From contig CAVZFU010000005.1 of assembly GCA_963774685.1 (NCBI GenBank), forward strand, positions 1,081,538 to 1,145,537: 64,000 bases of DNA, given 5' to 3'. This document shows, piece by piece, positions 60,559 through 64,000 of this stretch. A program made the translations under genes and the position numbers. Origin of the DNA: an uncultured Alphaproteobacteria bacterium (lineage in GTDB: Bacteria; Pseudomonadota; Alphaproteobacteria; Rhizobiales; Xanthobacteraceae). The notes under the pieces were generated by a model that saw only the letters and a list, made by a program, of their open reading frames with translations, was not told the DNA's origin and did not search any database. How positions within the stretch are numbered: position 1 is the first letter of the stretch; each line of letters begins with the position of its first letter.

Positions 60559-60589
60559 GGTTCGACCCCCAGTTTCTCTCCCTCCGCCA
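60559..60589 (+). other. Degenerate tRNA 3'-end-like sequence (possible att scar)
   Basis: GGTTCGACCCCCAGTTTCTCTCCCTCCGCCA versus the tRNA-Ser end GGTTCGAATCCCACTCTCTCCGCCA, same orientation, followed by an AT-rich tract. Confidence 0.35.
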
Positions 60590-61030
60590 GAAAATTAACT
60601 CAACAAATTGATTTCATTAGATATTTTTTGGAATACTGATGCTCGTCCCCAAATAAGTCCACGATCATCTGCGGGACCGGCGAATTCAGCCGAGCGCAAG
60701 ATTGTTCTGACGTTCGATATTCTCAGTCCGTTTGGAGTTTGTCTGTGGCGCAAGGGAAATGGTTAGCCGTTTCGTCCCGCGTTTGAAAGGCAGACGCTGC
60801 GGCCCATGCGCCGGCGATGGGCCTAAGGCGCTCGATCGAACAGCGTTCGCGGTTCACGAAATAGTAGATAGAGCGAGGGCGCTGCATAAGAAATACCAGG
60901 AAGCGTCCGAGCAGGGACAAACGCTGCTGGGAGTCTGTGCGCAGGATTAGCGCGACTGTGGCCTAAAGGCGACACGGTTTTCGCTCGCAAAGTGTTATCC
61001 CTCGCGCATCAAGCGTCGGGGAGAAGAACA

Positions 61031-61804
61031 ATGCGTCGGACACTATTGGCGGTAGCTTCGGTTCTCGCAAGCAGCATCCTTACCGCCAATGCCGCAGACA
61101 TGGCGGCCCGCCCGACTTACAAGGCGCCTCCGCCTCCGCCAGCGCCAGTCTTTAGCTGGACGGGCTGCTACGTCGGCGGCAATCTCGGTGGCGGACGGAC
61201 CCATAAGCATTTTGAATTCGCGGCGGATGGAGGGGAGCTTTTTGACGAAGGCACTCTAGACCAGGGCGGCTTTGTCGGCGGCGGGCAACTCGGCTGCGAC
61301 TACCAGTTCGGATCGAACTTCGTGGTCGGCGTGCAAGGCATGTTCGATGGCACCTCCATCAAGGGCACGGAGACCTTTTTCTCTGGCATCGACCAGTTCA
61401 ACGAGCAGTATGCGGTGAGCCTGCACTGGTTCACGACCTTGACGGGGCGCGTGGGTTTCCTCGCCACCCCATCGTTACTCCTCTACGGCAAGGGTGGCGC
61501 GGCTTGGGTCAATGAAAAGATCGACTATGTGCCGGGAGTGGAGGTCGTAGCAAGCACCGGGAACACCACCCGGAGCGGCTGGGACGCAGGCGCCGGAATC
61601 GAGTGGATGTTTGCGCCGCAATGGTCGGCGTTTGTCGAATACAATCACATGGGCTTCGGCACCAAGGACATGAATTTAAACTTTGTAGTTGGCGGCAGCT
61701 TTGACTTCACCGAGCACGTGAAGCAAAGCGTCGACATGGTGGTGGTCGGTGTGAACTGGCGGTTTAACCCGACCACGCCCGGCGCAGCGGCCACGCGCTA
61801 CTGA
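61031..61804 (+). CDS. Outer-membrane beta-barrel protein (Omp25/RopB-like)
   Basis: AADMAARPTYKAPPPP..FSWTGCYVGGNLG, GGGQLGCDYQF, GAGIEWMFAPQWSAFVEY. Confidence 0.9.
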   Translation: MRRTLLAVASVLASSILTANAADMAARPTYKAPPPPPAPVFSWTGCYVGGNLGGGRTHKHFEFAADGGELFDEGTLDQGGFVGGGQLGCDYQFGSNFVVGVQGMFDGTSIKGTETFFSGIDQFNEQYAVSLHWFTTLTGRVGFLATPSLLLYGKGGAAWVNEKIDYVPGVEVVASTGNTTRSGWDAGAGIEWMFAPQWSAFVEYNHMGFGTKDMNLNFVVGGSFDFTEHVKQSVDMVVVGVNWRFNPTTPGAAATRY

Positions 61805-62282
61805 AACAGCCTGTCAGGAGACACGGAATACCTGCCATTGCGGGCCGCGCGGGCGACCGTTGATATCATTAATGTTATGTAGGAAACCGCTCTGCGCCGG
61901 ACCTTCCACCTGCGGCGAGCAGAAGCAGATGCCCTGACTACGCATTATATCGATGCCCACACGCCGCGCCGTGTGGCATGCCCGTCCTGACCAGCGGCCG
62001 GCGAATGTCACGTCCTCTTCTGACAGAAACACCGCCCGTCCAACCCTCCGGCAGCACGCTATTCCTCGTTGATAACTCGGCCTCAGAATCGAAAGCCGGA
62101 TTTGCGCCATTGCCGCTAGCGGTTTTTGCACGTGGCTTGGCGCTGCCGAATACATCGAACCGTTGAACCGCCGTGGTTTCGATTGACACCGGTATCTTCA
62201 ACGGTAGGCTGACCAACCGGAAAGCTTTTCCGCAAAGAACAAAGAAAAGGGCAGGGAACGCCGTGAAACGCTTCATCGCATC

Positions 62283-63548
62283 TTGAGCGGATCTGCGCGG
62301 ACTTCCGTGCTGGCGCCATTTCGCATCCGCAACTACCGCTATCAATGGCCCTCCGATCTGCTCACCTCCTGGGCGTTTGAGATAGAGACGCTTGTGCTCG
62401 GCTGGTACATCATGGTTGAGACCGGCTCGGTGCTGCTGCTGACGGTGCTCGCATCGTTGCAATATGTCGGGACACTGATTGCGCCGGTATTGGGGATGAT
62501 CGGGGACCGGATGGGGCATCGGGACCTTTTGGCCGCGATGCGCTTCATCTATACTGCACTCTCCGCGACCATCATGACGATCGCGCTGACCGGCCATCTG
62601 ACTCCGCTCAATGTCATGATCATCGTCGCGATCATGGGCTTGGTACGCCCTTCGGATCTCGGCGTACGCGCTGCGTTGCTTGCCGACATCATGCCGGTCG
62701 AGCAACTGGTGGGGGCAATCAGCCTTTCGCGCACGACCCAAGACAGCGCGCGCATTGCCGGCGCTTTGACCGGTGCTGGACTATTTTCAATCCTTGGCCT
62801 TGGTTTCGTGTACGTGGCGGTCACTTGTCTCTATCTCACGGCCGCCATCCTGATGTTATGCCTGACCCGGCCGGCACAATCTCACGGCTCGGTCGATCAG
62901 CTATCAGATGGTTTGCCCGGGTCCTCGCTCCTGCGGGACCTGAAGGAGGGCATTGTTTACGCCTGGAGCGGTCCCGGTATGCGCGCAGCACTCTGCGTCG
63001 CTTTTCTCGCCAACCTGACTGCGTTTCCGCTGACGTCGGGATTACTTCCTTACGTGGCGCGCGAAATCTTTCACACCAACCAGACCGGTCTCGGCTATTT
63101 GTCGGCAACCTTCGCCGTGGGCTCGCTGACCGGTTCGATAATCACGGTTAGTTTGGCGGGCGGGCTGCGCATCGCCAGGCTTTTGATCGGTGCGACGCTT
63201 GCCTGGTACGCGATGCTGCTGGTGTTCGTGGAGATCAGGAGCATGCCGGCGGCGATGGCCTGTCTCGTACTCGCCGGCATAGCACAGAGCATGTCGATGA
63301 TTTCGGCCGCCGTGATCCTGATGCGTACCGCGAGCGCGCATCTTCGCGGCCGCGTCATGGGGGTGCGCATGATGGTAATCTACGGCCTGCCGCTCGGACT
63401 GCTTGCGGCCGGCAGCCTGATCGATCTCATCGGTTATTCGGCGACCGGCACGCTCTATGCGGCCTCGGGATTTATCGCGATGACCGCGATCGCGCTGTAT
63501 TGGCGCTTCGATCTCTGGCCGGTGCACGCACCGGCGAATGCACGGTAA
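62283..63548 (+). CDS. MFS transporter (start uncertain, TTG)
   Basis: APFRIRNYR, GDRMGHR, RGRVMG; about 12 TMs. Confidence 0.85.
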   Translation: MSGSARTSVLAPFRIRNYRYQWPSDLLTSWAFEIETLVLGWYIMVETGSVLLLTVLASLQYVGTLIAPVLGMIGDRMGHRDLLAAMRFIYTALSATIMTIALTGHLTPLNVMIIVAIMGLVRPSDLGVRAALLADIMPVEQLVGAISLSRTTQDSARIAGALTGAGLFSILGLGFVYVAVTCLYLTAAILMLCLTRPAQSHGSVDQLSDGLPGSSLLRDLKEGIVYAWSGPGMRAALCVAFLANLTAFPLTSGLLPYVAREIFHTNQTGLGYLSATFAVGSLTGSIITVSLAGGLRIARLLIGATLAWYAMLLVFVEIRSMPAAMACLVLAGIAQSMSMISAAVILMRTASAHLRGRVMGVRMMVIYGLPLGLLAAGSLIDLIGYSATGTLYAASGFIAMTAIALYWRFDLWPVHAPANAR

Positions 63549-63630
63549 ACCAATTCCGTACCGCTTTTCAAAAACCGACTTGTGGATTTGGAAAACAAGG
63601 ACCGGAGCCTGAGCCGAGATTGACATACGA

Positions 63631-64000
63631 CTATGAAACTCGCTTGCGCTTTCGATCGGGCCCGAGCCCGTTATTCGTGCGATCGTTCGCAGTTAGGCCT
63701 TCGGCATGCGCGGATTCAAGTGGCCTGGCTGCAGCGTTCATAAACTGCCAGATCGGGGTTCGGCCCTGATCAGGGTCGAACGAGACCGACAAAACGCCGG
63801 CATCCTCTTTGCTGACCGATATGTAGACATGTGGCATGGAGCTATCGAAATATGCGCTCTCTCCCTGATTCAGACGAAACGGCGCGTAAAATTCGGTATG
63901 GATCTCAACTGCGCCAGACAGCACGTAAACGAATTCCTCGCCATTGTGCTGGCTCCAGTGATCGAACTCCGTGACGGCGCGTGCACGTACCTTCATCACC
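63631..64000 (-). CDS. Cupin-domain (probably XRE-cupin) protein, 5' end outside the window
   Basis: HNGEEFVYVLSGAVEIH...LNQGESAYFDSSMPH. Confidence 0.85.
   Translation of the reverse strand, partial: VMKVRARAVTEFDHWSQHNGEEFVYVLSGAVEIHTEFYAPFRLNQGESAYFDSSMPHVYISVSKEDAGVLSVSFDPDQGRTPIWQFMNAAARPLESAHAEGLTANDRTNNGLGPDRKRKRVS

Noticed and set aside
38812-60600. Currently mobile ICE or prophage
   Set aside because: No integrase, relaxase or phage genes; only a ~200 bp IS remnant and a degenerate att-like site.

Overview
GC-rich alphaproteobacterial chromosome segment. Gene content and intergenic repeats suggest Bradyrhizobiaceae; this is an inference, not verified. Layout: (1) 1-14.3 kb holds a toxin-first RelE/HTH toxin-antitoxin pair, a ~0.5 kb highly structured intergenic element, and a compact module of class III nucleotide cyclase, AsmA, Crp/Fnr, RND permease, hairpin-less adaptor, OmpA-C protein and catalytically dead caspase-TPR protein, with CRP-type boxes. 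(2) 14.6-38.5 kb is core-type metabolism: a lactonase-like operon, a homogentisate cluster (FAD monooxygenase/DUF2783/MBL/hmgA/fahA, hppD), CaiB, LLM, form II coxSLM, an MCP, and MFS-otsB-otsA with EcfG-type promoters. (3) 38.8-60.6 kb is an accessory island next to tRNA-Ser(GGA). It carries methanesulfonate monooxygenase msmABCD (diagnostic 26-residue Rieske spacer), an ABC importer, LysR, a TauE/SafE sulfite exporter and a folate C1 toolkit (fhs, folD, metF, 5-formyl-THF cyclo-ligase, stand-alone GcvT-like). Two ~99% identical copies of a divergent panB-like gene flank it, and shared LysR-type boxes link the units. The two best candidates for an undescribed system are the PanB-like/GcvT-like formaldehyde-handling arm of the Msm island and the cyclase-Crp-RND(hairpin-less adaptor)-OmpA-pseudocaspase module. 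Six apparent +1 frameshifts probably reflect assembly errors.
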